Source: Lama guanicoe (Eukaryota). Taken from it: a stretch of 64,000 nucleotides of DNA. Below are positions 37,872 through 50,376 of the stretch, in pieces; position 1 is the stretch's first letter; the number at the start of each line of letters is the position of its first letter. A program made the position numbers and the translations under genes. The notes beneath the pieces were generated by a model. It did no database searches. It saw only the letters and a program-made list of their open reading frames with translations, and had not been told where the DNA came from. The DNA lies in the NCBI GenBank assembly GCA_013239625.1, contig MU053881.1:1426001-1490000 (forward strand). Reading direction: 5' to 3'.

Positions 37872-38592
37872 TTCCAGGTAACAAATGCCAGTTTCTCAGT
37901 CTCACCACCCCTCTACTGCAAGCTGGAGGTGTACAGCCTGGCCTCCTGCCCTTCTCAGCACAAGCTGTCACGTGGTGTGTTTCAGTTAAGGCACCCTGTG
38001 AAGTTTCACTGGCTGATTCGATGTAGAAAAGTGGAATCAAGCAAAAACGTGGGACCAGGGGAAGAGAGACTTCTAAATATAGGAGGCTTCACAAACCAAA
38101 GCAACACTGTAACAGCCAGGACTGGGGAGGGAGTTGGAGGCCCCCGCATAAAATGTAGACGTTGGTTAAGGCTGCACTTGACAATGGAGAGAATGCCCGT
38201 GAGGACGTCTTGCAGGCTGTGATGGGCATGGGCAGTGTTAGCAGGGACTTGATGGTGGGGAAGACTGGGTCCCCAGCCTGCATCTGAGGAGTCTCTGGCC
38301 CCACCACCACCCATCTGCATGCTCTTATCGATTCTGGCATCACCTGGCTGATGGTTATCCAGGTTAGGGCTCCGGGGGATCTGGAGCGCAGCCTTCCAGC
38401 TGAGACGCTGGGTTTGTTCAGATGACGGGTGTCAGCCCACATATCTTGCTTCAGTTAAAGCTACAGAAGAAGCTGACTGCTACATTCCTCGGGACTTTCC
38501 CCTGTGCTTTTCCCTCTGCTGGAAAATCTTCCCTTATCCCCCTAATAACTAAGCCTCAGGCATCAGGCCTCCTCTGTCTATCTGCCATTCTT

Positions 38593-39157
38593 TTTTTTTT
38601 CAATTGAGTTATAGTCAGTTTACGATGTTGTGTCAATTTCCAGTGTAGAGCACAATTTTTCAGTTATACGTGAACATACATATATTCATTGTCGCATTCT
38701 TTTTCACCGTGAGCTACCACAAGATCTTGTACATATTTCCTTGTGCTATACAGTATAATCTTGTTTATCTATTCTATATATACCTGTCAGTATCTACAAA
38801 TTTCAAATCTCAGTCTGTCCCTTCACATCCCCCTCCCCACTAGCAACCACAAATCTGTATTCTATGTCTATGAATCTGTTTCTGTTTTGCATTTATATTC
38901 ATTTGTCTTTTTCTTTTCTTTCTTTCTTTCTTTTTTTTTAGATTCCACATATGAGCAATCTCATATGGTATTTTTCTTTCTCTTTCTGGCTTTCTTCTCT
39001 TAGGATGACATTCTCCAGGGACATCCATGTTGCTGCAAATGGCATTATGTTGTCACTTTTTATGGCTGAATAGTATTCCATTGTATAAATATACCACATC
39101 TTCTTCATCCAGTCATCTGTTGGTGGACATTTAGGCTGTTTCCATGTCTTGGCTATA
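38593..39157 (-). mobile_element. Young camelid-type L1, 5'-truncated, 13-bp TSD
   Basis: TSD ATCTGCCATTCTT at 38580-38592 and 39158-39170; A tail on minus; ORF2 C-terminus and 3'UTR. Confidence 0.95.
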
Positions 39158-39776
39158 ATCTGCCATTCTTAATGTAGATGAGAACCCAGTTCAAACTGGA
39201 TGAGCCAGAAAAGGGCTTTCTTTCAGCTCATTTAATTGAAATCCCCAGTGTCCAAGAGACAATGTTGGGAATCTGTCCCTCTCCATCTTTCAGCTCTGAT
39301 TTCTTCACATTCTTTCTGGCCACATGCTGGTCCCTGGCAGCTTCAGTTTACATTCAGTGAGACTAACATTCTGGTGGAAAGTGAGGGAGCCTCCTTTTCT
39401 AATAGCCCCTAGTGAGCTCCAGGGCTGACCCTCATTGGCTGCACTCGGTCATGTGCTTGTTCCTGGGCCACTGGAGGCCTGGGTCATGTGCTAACCTGGC
39501 GGCTTGTGGAGGTTGCTGCAGCTGTGTGTGTTGGGAAAGGAAACCTGGGGGGTGGTTTCCATAAGGAGAGGGTTCCGTGGGGCAAATCCACTGTCAGGGA
39601 CATCCTCTCTGATCTCCAGGCAGAGCAGGTGAGCCTCCCCCGTGTTCTCCGTGTTCTTACACCTCAAATACCCCTCAACACCCCAACAGGCGAGTAAAAA
39701 TTTACATCCATCTCTCTGCTTCCTTCCAGACAGTGAAATTTTAAAGTTCTGGGCTATGAATAATTAAAACAGAATG

Positions 39777-40017
39777 CCAGGGGGGTGGAGGGTGGGAAGG
39801 GATAGACTGGGATTTCAAAATTGTAGACTAGATAAACAAGATTACACTGTATAGCACAGGGAAACATACACAAAATGTTATGATAACTCACAGAGAAAAA
39901 AATGTGACAATGAGTGTGTATATGTCCATGAATGACTGAAAAATTGTGCTGAACACTGGAATTTGACACAACATTGTAAAATAATTATAAATCAATAAAA
40001 AGTGTTAAAAAAAAAAA
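39777..40017 (+). mobile_element. Young camelid-type L1 3' end
   Basis: GGGATAGACTGGGATTTCAAAATTGTAGA...GACACAACATTGTAAA...A tail; approximate TSD AAAAC(C)AGAATG. Confidence 0.9.
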
Positions 40018-40279
40018 CCAGAATGGAACAGCAGCAGCAAACATTTACTGACTGTTCGCCATGTGCCAGGCCCTGCGCTGGGTGCTTGGAACTGCGAGCA
40101 AGATGTAGATGAGGGGCCTGAGATTCGAATAGTGAGTGATTAGCCACAGCGCTCCCCGAGGGGAGGGTGAGGATTCCAAGTGGAGTCTTTTCAAAGGAAT
40201 GAAGTTACCTGTGAGCAAGGCTATCACTGGCAGCATTATTTGCAAAGTCAAAGGCGGGATGTCTCCCAAGGGTCCATCC

Positions 40280-40774
40280 AGAGGAACTGGCTGGACCGAT
40301 GCTGACAGATTCGCGCGGCAGTGCAGTGTGGAGCTGAGCGGGACCGGGAAAGGTCGCTGTCACCGTGGCGTAATCGTCAGGGTGTATGGCTAACTGACCA
40401 GGAGAAGGCCAGGTACAGAATGGTTCAGATGGTACTCTGCCTTTTACGTCGAAAAACGGAGGAAAATAGGAATGTCTATACATATTTACTTGTATTTTGA
40501 AATAGAAACAGTAGAAGAATAAACCACAGGTTTACAAATTAAGCAATGTACCTTATTTCGTAAGTTGGCTTTGGAACCATGTAAACATTTTACATAACCA
40601 AAACCCAAAACAAAACAAAACAGAAAGAATGAAAGCCGTTTCTTAAAATCAAAAATAAACTGAGACAAACGGTCCTGTATACAAAATGGGTGACATAACC
40701 TCACAGAGAATTGTTTCAAGTGGCTTTGCAACACAGTAATTTGTGCATTCCAAGTGGGACAAGGACAAAAAGAA

Positions 40775-40812
<38 letters not shown>

Positions 40813-41050
40813 TCCTAACCTGCATTCAGTTGTCTTACTGTTGGTAATAGAAATGGTATTGTTGTTTTGAAGTTATTATGTGTACAAATATACATATTAA
40901 CCTTAAGTAATTATATTAATGTCTTGGAGAACCAAGGTTTTTGTTGTAAGAGAAAGGGTGCAAATACAAAATCTTGGAAATTAAGTAAAATCTTGTCATC
41001 ATTAATCAGAATTGGAAACAGCAGTATGAAGGACCTGCTTTATTCCATGA
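40280..41050 (+). mobile_element. L1MC4-like 3'UTR containing (CA)n at 40776-40808
   Basis: CTTTGGAACCATGTAAAC...GTGACATAACC...CTTGGAGAACCAAGGTTTT motifs. Confidence 0.65.
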
Positions 41051-41932
41051 GTAATTGTGTTACTGTCTTTAGAAGCAACCGCGGCCTCACACTGGGTCTC
41101 CAGCCTTGAGTCAGACCCTCCGTCCAACCTCCCACGGAGCCTCCATTTCCCCGCCGGCCCCGGCGGTTATCGTGGTGCAGAATAGGCTGGGTGGGATGTT
41201 CGTTGGATGGATGGGGGTGAATATTCCCATGGCTTCTGTGTCTCCAAAGTTTGTTTGGAGGATGTGCCCTGGGGTCCCCTGGTATTCCTGATCAAGTCCC
41301 CCAGGCGCGGGCACCAGCTGCTGCTCATGTGTGCAGGCCTCCGTCGTGTGGGGCACCCAGGAACCTGCGGCCTCAGAGAACTGTCAGTCATGCGGGCAGG
41401 CTGGAAAGCACCCTGGCCGAGGACTGGAAACGCCCCCAGGCTGAGCCCTGACTACCAGGACAGCCTTCAGCCCTGGGAAGCAGCAGGATAAATTAGTTCC
41501 GGTCAAGAAACAGGCCTTTGCTGGTTTTTATCTTTCTTTGTTTATTTGCTTGTTCAATCCATTCTGAAATCTTCAGCAGACCTGGCCTCACACCACGCAG
41601 GTGCAGAGCTGGGGGCTGTATCCCATCAGAAGCCTCATGCGGGGTCTGAAGGCCCTGGCAGTCATGGATCTGAGGGGCTGGCTTACCTGTGGGTCTTCAG
41701 CATCTTGGAGACAGCAGAGGGTCACAGCCAGGCTCCTTGGCCCCTTGTGCCCTTCTCTTTGTGGGGCCACTGCCTGAGGAGGTGTCTGAGCCCTGTGTCC
41801 AGGCTTGGACTGGCACTGATCTTTCTGTGTATCCAGTTCCAATGACTGGACGCCCCATCCCTGAGTCCAGGCCCCACTCTGAACCCGCTCTGGCCTCAGT
41901 CACTGCTTTGCTCAGCTGCTGATTACCTGAGT

Positions 41933-42375
41933 ATTATGTGTTGAACTGTATCCCCAAAAGGTGTTGAAGTCCTAACCCCCCACGAAGGGGACCTTATTTA
42001 GAAACAGGGTCTTCACGGATGATCACGATGAGGTCATTAGAGTGGGCCCCAGCCCAATGTGACTGCGCCCTTATGAAGTGTGAGGGGAATTTGGACACAG
42101 AGGCACACACACAGCAGGGGGGAGGCATGTGAAGACGAAGGCAGGGATCAGTGTGAGGCACCTGCAGGCCGAGAGATGCCCGAGTCTGCGGCAAAGCCCT
42201 GGAAGCTGAGTGAGATGCGTGGGGCTGCTTCCCCTTGCAGCGCTCACAGGGTGTGAACCCTGCTGCCACCGTGATCTTGGGCTTCCAGCCTCCAGGACCC
42301 TGAGAGAAGATATTTCTGTGGTTGAAGCCACCCGGTCAGTGGTTCTTTGCTTTGACAGCTCCAGAAAACAAAACA
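41933..42375 (+). mobile_element. MLT1C-like MaLR solo LTR
   Basis: TGTTGAACTGTATCCCC...GACCTTATTTAGAAACAGGGTCTT...CTTCCAGCCTCCAGGACCCTGAGAG. Confidence 0.85.
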
Positions 42376-42424
42376 AAAACTTAGTAAGGAGGCCACCAAA
42401 TGGTGGCCATGACGTATTTGTCAG

Positions 42425-42544
42425 AGGGGAGGGTACAGCTCAGTGGCAGAGCATGTGGTTAGCATGCACGAGGTCCTGGGTTCAGTCCCCAGCACCTCCA
42501 TAAAAAAAAAAAATAACCACAAGCCTTAAATAAATAAATAAAAA
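42425..42544 (+). mobile_element. Vic-1-type tRNA-derived SINE with 10-bp TSD
   Basis: GGGGAGGGTACAGCTCAGTGGCAGAGC...GGGTTCAGTCCCCAGCACCTCCA, A tail; TSD TATTTGTCAG at 42415-42424 and 42545-42554. Confidence 0.92.
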
Positions 42545-43508
42545 TATTTGTCAGGCCTGCCTCTTGTTTTTAAAAGCTGTGAGCCAACACTTATAAATCC
42601 ATAGACCTCACGTAAAATTCAAATTTCCAGTTCCTCTTGAAAAATCGGAACATCCGCCCCATCTGGGCCACTCCTGCTTGGCCATGGGCGGCTGGAGCGG
42701 AGTGCCCCCTTGTTGGCCACATGCCCCGCAGCCAGCTCAGTGCATGTTGGGGTGCATATGTGATACAGACGAGGCGCGTCACCCCACGATGCATTTGCTT
42801 CACTCAGCAGGGGACCGGCCTGGCCCCAGGAGGCATCTGCGTTTCTGATCTTCGCTCTGGTCCCTCCAGGACCCGGACTGCACCTCCTCCTTTCCCCCTA
42901 CCTACCCCCAGGCCACTTCGCCGACATCAGTTGTCACCACCGCCCACTGAGATTCCAGCCTGTTGCCTGTGCCCAAACCCTGTGACCCATATACCGCTGC
43001 CCACCGTGTCCCAGACCCAGCAGCTGGCCCTTTCACCAAAGGAAGGTCGATTTTGAAAACGTATCATTTTAAAACTCAGCGGTAAACTGACCTGTCTGTC
43101 CAACTGAGCAGTTTCTCTCACACGCCTCCTGCCCCAGCCCAAAAGTACCTGCAGCGGGGAATGGTGTGGGAGATTGTGGGAGATGCACAGCAGAGGAAAA
43201 TGTGAATCATTGTGTCCTTCCAATGAAAAGACTGTAGGCATTCAGAGCTCCGGTCGGTACCAGCCTGAGGTGACTTTATTACCTTGTATGTTTGTAATAC
43301 AAGTTTGTAGACATGCAAATGACAGTCTCTGAGTTATAAAGCATAGTGATATAATGAACACCTGGGGACCTGTTTCCCAAACCAGGAATCAGAGCACAAA
43401 TGGAAGCCCAGGTCCATGCCCCCCACGCAGCCCTCCCCTCTGCCCGGCCCGCCTCAGGTACCTGTGACCCCGAATGCCATCACGCCCTTTCCCCCTGTCC
43501 TTCTGAAA

Positions 43509-44050
43509 TTTTTTCAACATTTTTTATTGATTTATAATCATTTTATAATGTTGTGTCAAGTTCCAGTGTAGAGCACAATTTTTCAGTTATACATGAACAT
43601 ACATACATTCATTGTCACATTTTTTTTCGCTGTGAGCTACAATAATCTTGTTAGTCTACAATTTTGAAATCCCAGTCTATCCTTTCCCAGCCCCCGCCCC
43701 CTTGGCAACCACAAGTTTGTATTCTATGTCTATGGGTCTGTTTCTGTTTTGTATTTATGCTTTGTTTGGTTTTTTCTTTTAGATTCCACATATGAGCGAT
43801 CTCATAAGGTCTTTTTCTTTCTCTTTCTGGCTTACTTCACTTAGAATGACGTTCTCCAGGAACATCCATGTTGCTGCAAATGGCATTATGTTGTCGGTTT
43901 TAATGGCTGAATAGTATTCCATTGTATAAATATAACACCTATTCTTTATCCAGTCGTCTGTTGATGGACATTTTGGCTGTTTCCATGTCTTGGCTGTTGT
44001 GAATAGTGCTGCTATGAACATTGGGGTGCAGGCATCATAGAAGGAACCCT
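43509..44050 (-). mobile_element. Young camelid-type L1, 5'-truncated
   Basis: ORF 43779-44021 is the L1 ORF2 C-terminus (MFIAALFTTAKTWKQPKCPSTDDWIK...MEYYSAIK); highly similar to the 38593-39157 copy. Confidence 0.93.
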
Positions 44051-44069
44051 ACTTCAAAATGGCACCTGA

Positions 44070-47000
44070 ACTCTTTATTTGGAAATTACTTCAAAATTAC
44101 AGAAAAGTTGAGAAAATAAAAAGGGAACAAAGAACACCCATTAGCTCCACCCTGAGTCACTGTTAACATTCTACCCTGTTTTTCTTTATCATTTGATCTC
44201 ATTCTCTCTCTCCCTCTCTCCCGTCTCTCCCCCCTCTCCCCAACACACGAGTGTTTGGGGGACCATTTGAGGCTGTCACATTATGTCACCCCCTAAATAC
44301 TTCAGTGTGTATTTATTTTCTAACAGGAATATTCTTAGTTAACCACATTGCAATTTGTCAACTTCAGCACATTGACCTAATGATGCCCTTGGTAGCATTT
44401 TTTTCCCTCGGGTTCCAGGTAGAGCTATGTCTGCTTAGCATCGGCTAAGCAGGAACATTTCCACAGACTTTCTTTGTCTTTGTATGAATTCACCTCTGCC
44501 TGCTTTTCCCACCTTAAACAAAGGTAGGATGCTGCTTGTTTCGAGTTTGAGCGGGCGTGGCCTCCTGTTTCCGAGGGTGCTCTTTTGAGGTTTAGGGTTG
44601 TGTCTGCAAGGCCCCCCCCTCCCGTGTTGCTGCGTGCAGCCGCAGCTCGCCGGACGTTGCCCCAGCGTGTGCATTTGCTACCATTTATTCGCACGTTGAT
44701 GGACAGCTGGGTTTTCCCAGGGTGTTACTGAGGACCGTGCTGCGGGGACCATCCCTGCCCATCTGTTGACACGTGCGTGAAAATTTCTTTGGAGTTTATC
44801 TAGAAGCGGCCTTGCTGAGTCAGCATCTGTGGGAATGCTCACCTTTTCAAGATCGTTCCGAGCTGTTTTCCCAGGTGGCTGCGGCCCCTGGCCCCCACCT
44901 GGCAGGGAGTGCACGTTCCTGCGGGCGTCTCACCTTCAGGGCACCTAGGGCGCACAGGGCGTGTGAGTTGCTGTCGCGTGATGGTTCTGATTAGCATTTT
45001 TCTGATGACCACGGTGCTGAGCAGCCTTTCGTGTATGCGGAGCATGTGTGTGCCGTTTCCCATGATTGTAGCGGTGATTACAACAGCGCCGCCGCTTGTT
45101 TACAGCTCTCAGCGTGTGAGAGGCTGTTTTAAGCACGCGCATCACTGAGTCGTAAAAATGGCCTCACGAGGCAGGTGCTGTTATTGTTCTCCTTTCTCTT
45201 CGTGTGTTTTGCCCATTTTCCCATCAGATTGTTTGTTCTTTAAATTCTTGATTCCTTTACGCTTCTGTTTTAGGTGGCTTTCTCTGACGCTGCCGGGGAC
45301 GGGGAAGGGGAGGGTACCACCTCCCTGCCAGCGGAGGTGGAGGTCAGGCCCCCCACTCTCCCTGTCTTGACACCCGAGGGGGGCTCCCTGTGACTGCAGG
45401 GCTTGGTGGCAGTTCTGGTACCTCCTGTGGTCTCCAGTGACACCCGGGCATGGGGTTCAGTACCGGTCACCTCACTCAGAGGGGAGCCCCGGCTCCCTAC
45501 CGGGCCTTCTCTGGTTCCACCTGGCAGGGGTGCTGGGGTGCCCCCTTACGCATGGTCTTGTGAGGGTGGAATCTAGGCTCCCCACTCAGCTCTGGGTGGC
45601 AGCAGTGAGAGGAGAGTCGCTGTTTTCCCTGCGGTGCTGGGCTGGACTAGAGAGGTGTCTGTCTAAGAGCCCTCTGTCCTGCCGGATCACCCCTTTCCTG
45701 GGCCTCGGGTACAGCGTGCAGGCTTCTGCGGCAGCTCTTTGGCTGTGCTGCGTGGCATTTCCAGGTTGCTGGCTTCTCCAGCTCCAAGTCTGGGACCTTT
45801 GACGCAGAAAGAAAACTCAGGAGCTCACCGCCATGTGTTCTTTGGGTCCCGAGGTGCCTAGCTGGTCTGCCTCCTTCTCTGCCCCCTAAGAGTCTTCTTA
45901 TGTTTTCTGTAAAATCATTTTCTACGTAATGCCCAGGGCTTTTTGTTGTTCTTAGTGGAAGAAATGGAAAAAAGTACGCCAACTCCATCGTCCTAGAAGC
46001 AGAGCCCTTACTGACTTGTAAGTGTTCTTTGTGTATCATGAGTACTAATCCTTACTCAAGGAGCCCCACGCTCCTTGTTATATTGAAAATATTACTTCTC
46101 AGTTTGTGGCTTTTAAAAAAAAATTCCTTTATGGTGTTTTTAACACCATCTGTTTTGTCACATGTTCTTGATGTTAATGTAATTCCATGTATCAATCTTC
46201 TCTTTCTCTTTTGTTTTGTTTTTAGTACGTTTTGTTTCTCATTTAAGAAATTAACTACTTACCCCAAGTTTAGAAAGATAACCTCTCATAGTTCCTCCTA
46301 AATTTTACAAATATTTTTGCTTTTTATTTACATTTTTAATCCACTGGGAATTGACTTTCATGTATGTTATGGGGTAAGGATCCAATTTAATATTTTTATA
46401 TAGCCTCAGTGGGGTATAAATTAGCAAACAATACAGAAGACACGTTTAAAGTGTACATTTTGTTAAGTTTTGACGTATGTATGTTAACACCGTGAAACCG
46501 TCACCATAATAAGGACAATCCATCGCCTCTAAATTTGTTCCTGCCCCTCTGTCATCCTTCCTCCCTGCACCCCCGCCCCCGCCTTCGCTTCAGCCCCAGG
46601 CTACCAAAAGAATTGGCTTTCTTTCACTCTAAATGGGTGTGAATTTATGAGATATCTATAAGTGTAATCATACAGGCCATGCTGTTTTTGTTTGGGTTGG
46701 ATTCTTCCATCCAGAATAACTGTTTTGAGCTTCATCCATGTTATAACGTGTATCAATAGTTCATTCTTTTCACTGCTGAGTACTGTTCCATTTTATGTCC
46801 ATAACACAAGTTGTTCACCCATTCACCTGTCAATGGACATTCGGTTTCCTTCCACTTTGAGGCTGTTATAAATAAAGCAGCTGTGAACATTTGTGTCCAA
46901 GGCTTCATAAGGAGTATGCTTTCCTTTCTTGTAGGTATAAATGCCTTGGAGTGGAGTGGTTGGTCATGTGATGGAAGTTAGGATTAACTTTTTAAGACAT

Positions 47001-47940
47001 TGCCAAACTTTTTCCAAAGTTTTACATTTCTACCAGCAGTGTGTGAAAGTTCTGTTTGCTCCACATCCTCACCAGCACTTGGTGTGCCTTTTTCATTTTA
47101 GCCATTCTAATAGGGGTGTAGTGGCCTCTCGTTGTGATTTCAGTTCGCATTTTCCTAATGACTAATTATATTGAGCATCTTTTTATGTGCTTTTATATAT
47201 AGTTTTCACTTAAATCAGTTATTTAGTGTTGTATCATTAAATCGATGCCAGTATTATTTATAGTTCAGAATGTGTTCTGGTTTCTTTTTGTTTTGCTTGC
47301 AGTTAATATTTGCTTGGGATTTGTTTTTGCTTCAGTTTGTCTGTGTGCGTGTCTATTGCTAATTATCCCCACATTGTCATCCGACATTCCCTTTTGCTTT
47401 TTCTCTTTGGGTCTTATGTCTTTTTCTCTTTCTTCATTTATTTCATTGCTCTGGTTTGAAACCAGAAGTTTCATCAGGTTCAATAGCGCTACGGGGTGGG
47501 AAGCGTAGCAGTGGACACGTCTCATCCACCTGGCCGGTTACACTGCTCCAGTCTGGACCACTTGCCCTTTATACTTGGTAACTGTCATTATCCCAAGGTG
47601 TTTCATCTTTAATTTGGGGGGGTCCCTTATCTTTTCTCCTGTATTACATTTCCTATTTTCAGGGTCCCATGTCTGTTGCTTTCTTAGTGTATCCTCTCAT
47701 TTTGGTGGAGAACAACCGTCATTTTGAAAAAAGAAAACAATTTTTTGACATCTCTTATGTCTGAAAATATTATCATTTTCCTTGGACACTTCATGGGTAA
47801 TTTTGCTGGGTATAGAATTCTAAATTAGAAAGCATATGCCTTCAGAATTTTCAAAGAATCTCTCCATTGTTTTCTTGCTTTCACAGTTGTTGAGAAGTTT
47901 AAAACTTCTGTGATCTCCTCTCTGTCCCCTGTGTTCTAAA
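44070..47940 (-). mobile_element. Cluster of nested ancient L1M fragments, including an L1MC-type 5' end at ~45270-46010 and an L1MB/MC 3' part at ~46400-47195
   Basis: 45830-46000 is antisense-homologous to 35262-35430; 3'UTR motifs at 44070-44380, 44430-45060 and 46400-47195. Confidence 0.7.
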
Positions 47941-48165
47941 GAGCAGAATAGACAAACAAGATTATACTGTACAGCACAGGGAAATATATGCAAGATCTTG
48001 TGGTAGCTCACAGCAAAAAAAAATGTGACAATGAATATATATGTATGTTCATGTATAACTGAAAAATTGTGCTCTACACTGCAATTTGACACAACATTGT
48101 AAAGTGACTATAACTCAGTAACAAAAGTTAATAAGTAAATAAATAGCTTACAACTACAAAAAAAA
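47941..48165 (+). mobile_element. Young camelid-type L1 3' end
   Basis: GAATAGACAAACAAGATTATACTGTACAGCACAGGG...GACACAACATTGTAAAGTGACTATAACTC plus A tail. Confidence 0.9.
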
Positions 48166-48344
48166 ATAACCATTTTAATTTTAGAATAGGTTTTGACGTA
48201 CAGAATTAGGAAGATAGTACAGAGAGTTCTCATTTACCCTACACTCTGTTTCCCCTATTGTAAACATCTTACATTAGGATGATACATTTGTTACATTTAA
48301 TGAACCAGTACTGATACATTATTAGGAATTAAATTCCATACTTT

Positions 48345-50340
48345 ATTCATTTAAGATAATTATTAATAGATACGTACTTATTGCCATTTTAAACCTTGTT
48401 TTCAAGTTGATTTTTTTAATTTTTAATTTTCTTTTATTGAAGTACCGTCAGTTACAATGTGTCAATTTCTGGTGTACAGCACAATGTCCCAGCCATGTAT
48501 ATATATATACATATATTTGTTTTCCTATCCAGTTGATTTTGTATTTCTTCTTTGTTCCTTTCTTTTTCTTTTTGTTTTTCCTTTTGTGGTTTGATGGGTT
48601 TCTTTTGTATTATGCCTGTGTTCTCTTCTTTTTGGTTTTTGTGAATCTGTTGTATGGTTTTGATTTGTGGTTACCCTGTTTTTCATGTACTCCATCTATT
48701 TGCTTTAGACAATAGTCATATAGGCTCAAACACATTTTTAAAAAAATCTGCATTTTCTTACTTTCCTCCCCCACATTTTTATGATCTCTATGTCCTCTTT
48801 TAAATCTTCATATTTATCCTTTTGGCGGTTCATTGTAGTTATCATCTCTTTCACAAAACTTATTTTTTATTTCTTTAAATCTATGTACTGGCTTATTTAA
48901 GTGATTTACTTTCCAGTTGTGGTTTTCTCCTTCCTATAGATTCTTGCTTCTTTTCTATTTAGAGAAGATCTTTCAATATTTCCTTTAAGATAAGTTTAGT
49001 ATTACTGTACTCTTTTAGTTTTTGCTTGTCTGAGAAATTCTTTCTCTCTCCTTCTATTCTAAATGATAATCCTGCTGTGTAGAGTATCCATGGTCGCAGG
49101 TTTTTCCCTTTCAGGACTCTGTTATATTTTGCCACTCCCTTCTGACCTGCAACGTTTCTGTAGAGAAATCAACTGAAAGCCTTGTGGGGGGGGGTCCCCC
49201 TTGTAATTAACTCTTTGTTTTTCTCTTGCTACTTTTAGAATCCTCTCTTTATCTTTAATTTTGCCATTTTAACGATAATATGTCTTGGTGTAGATCTGTT
49301 TGAGTTCATCTTGTTTGGGATCCTCTGTGCTTCCTGTATCTGAATATCTGTTTCCTTCTTCAGGTTTGGAAACTTTTCAGCCATAGTTTCTTCAAATGAA
49401 TTTTCGACCCCCTTTGCTCTTTCTTCTTCTGAGACTCTATTATGCATAGACTGAGACTTATATTATCCCATAGTTCCCTTAGAATGCTTTCTTTTTTTAT
49501 ATATATATTTGTCTTTCTGTCTGCTGTTCTGTTTGAGTGATCTTCATTTTTCTGTCTTCCAGATCATTTATTCATTCTTCTTCATTATCTAGTTTGCTGT
49601 TTATTGCCTTTAGCTCAGCTTTTGTTTAGGCAAATGAGTTTTCTAATTTTAATTGGCTCCTCTTTATAATCTCTAGTTCCTTTTTACAGTCATCTGCATT
49701 TCTATCATTAGCCTTTCATAATTCCTTCAGTATTACCTCCTTTTGGAACTTGGGATCTGGTAGACTGATGAGGTCTGTGTCATTATTCGTGTCTGTTTCA
49801 TTGTTTATTCTTCAGGGGAATTTTCTCTTGATTCTGTATTTGGGAGTGCCTCCTCTGCTTCTTCATTCTACGTTTATTCCTCTGACTCTATGAGCTTAGG
49901 AGAAGCAGTTGTCTGCTGTGGTCTTGAAGGGCTGTTTGTACGCGGGAGCATCCCTGTGTGGCCTCCGTGAGTCTCGTATTTTGGATGCCTGCTCTGTCTT
50001 TTCTCAGTGTGTGCTGGCCATTGTCCCCTTGACAGGGGTATGACTGTTATTCTGGGGACCAGGGCCTGCACTGGGTGTTGAATGGGGTCTCTTCTTTGTT
50101 CTGTGATTGTCACAGCTCTGTTGGGGTCTTTCTTCCTTGTTGTCCTTGTGATCTAGCTTGATGATAAGGGCAGGGGGGTCTCCTGAGGCCTGGCTCAAAT
50201 AGGAATTGCAGTGACTAACAGGAGGATACTGGATGAGGGGGACCGCTGGGAGGTGTGGGGGATGTACCAGGGAGCAGAGCTCTCTTATTTGGAGCACAGT
50301 GGGAAGCAAGTCACTGTGCTCGATGCCTCTGTCCACCCAA
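48345..50340 (-). mobile_element. Laurasiatherian-type L1: part of 5'UTR, ORF1 and first codons of ORF2
   Basis: ORF 49235-49447 is L1 ORF1p-like (EETMAEKFPNLKKETDIQIQEAQRIPNKMN..RSTPRHIIVKMAK); ORF2 start MAISTYLLIIILN from ATG at 48387. Confidence 0.88.
48415..48530 (-). mobile_element. Very short young L1 3' end nested in the L1 above
   Basis: TTTTATTGAAGTACCGTCAGTTACAATG...; TSD AGTTGATTTT at 48405-48414 and 48531-48540. Confidence 0.85.
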
Positions 50341-50376
50341 GTCTGACTGCTTGCCCCCTTTGGAGCGGTAGCCCAC

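Noticed and set aside
42425..42500. tRNA-like sequence with A and B boxes
   Set aside because: A tail, TSD and multiple diverged copies show it is a SINE head, not a tRNA gene.
49235..49447. ORF with clear protein similarity
   Set aside because: Fragment of a disrupted L1 ORF1p, not a host gene. The ORFs at 16018-16206 and 43779-44021 are likewise L1 ORF2 remnants.
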